The notes beneath the pieces are model-generated. The model did no database searches. It saw nothing but the letters and a program-made list of their open reading frames with translations, and was not told where the DNA came from. This document shows positions 63,628 through 64,000 of a stretch of DNA of 64,000 nt, piece by piece. The DNA is taken from NCBI RefSeq assembly GCF_964355755.1, contig NC_092671.1, forward strand, positions 35,288,304-35,352,303, written 5' to 3'. A program made the translations under genes and the position numbers. Source of the stretch: Antedon mediterranea (lineage: Eukaryota > Animalia > Echinodermata). The number at the start of each line of letters is the position of its first letter. The stretch's first letter is position 1.

Positions 63628-64000
63628 CCTGCCCTTACAGATCAGTCAATCAAATAAAAGAATATTAATCCATTACTAAACACGCCATTTGAGCACTTAT
63701 TATCTTACTCCTAGCCTTACAGATCAGTCAATCAAATAAAAGAATATTAATCCATTACTAAACACGCCATTTGAGCACTTATGATCTTACTCCTGCCCTT
63801 ACAGATCAGTCAATCAAATAAAAGAATATTAATCCATTACTAAACACTCCATTTGAGCACTTATGATCTTACTCCTGCCCTTACAGATCAGTCAATCAAA
63901 TAAAAGAATATTAATCTGTTACTAAAAACGCCATTTGAGCACTTATTATCTTACTCCTGCCCTTACAGATCAGTCAATCAAATAAAAGAATATTAATCTG
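63628..64000. repeat. 82-bp tandem repeat in a FAH intron (runs off the window end)
   Basis: Units start at about 63631, 63713, 63795, 63877 and 63959. Confidence 0.95.

Overview
AT-rich, intron-rich eukaryotic DNA, most likely from a marine invertebrate deuterostome (echinoderm-like; this is inference from gene structure and SINE content). I reconstructed the following by hand from splice signals and phases. (1) The 5' part of a NELL-like gene (-), with a GC donor. (2) An orphan, disrupted 3' fragment of a ZCCHC7/Air-like zinc-knuckle gene (+). (3) A complete 8-coding-exon GH33 sialidase (-, 541 aa) with an N-terminal signal anchor and a C-terminal 11-aa repeat tail. (4) A divergently oriented hotdog-fold acyl-CoA thioesterase (+) with an intronless CDS, a mitochondrial-type N-terminus and a C-terminal SKL. 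(5) A candidate spliced 42-aa microprotein gene (+). (6) The last six exons of fumarylacetoacetase FAH (-). The rest is dense in non-autonomous transposons: hAT, Kolobok-like, Harbinger-like, Tc/mariner, MULE-like, Helitron and Helentron elements, tRNA-, Deu- and 5S-derived SINEs, LINE fragments, a (TA)n-associated element carrying a complete tRNA-Asp(ATC)-like cloverleaf, and minisatellites. No database searches were run, so family names rest on recognised motifs.
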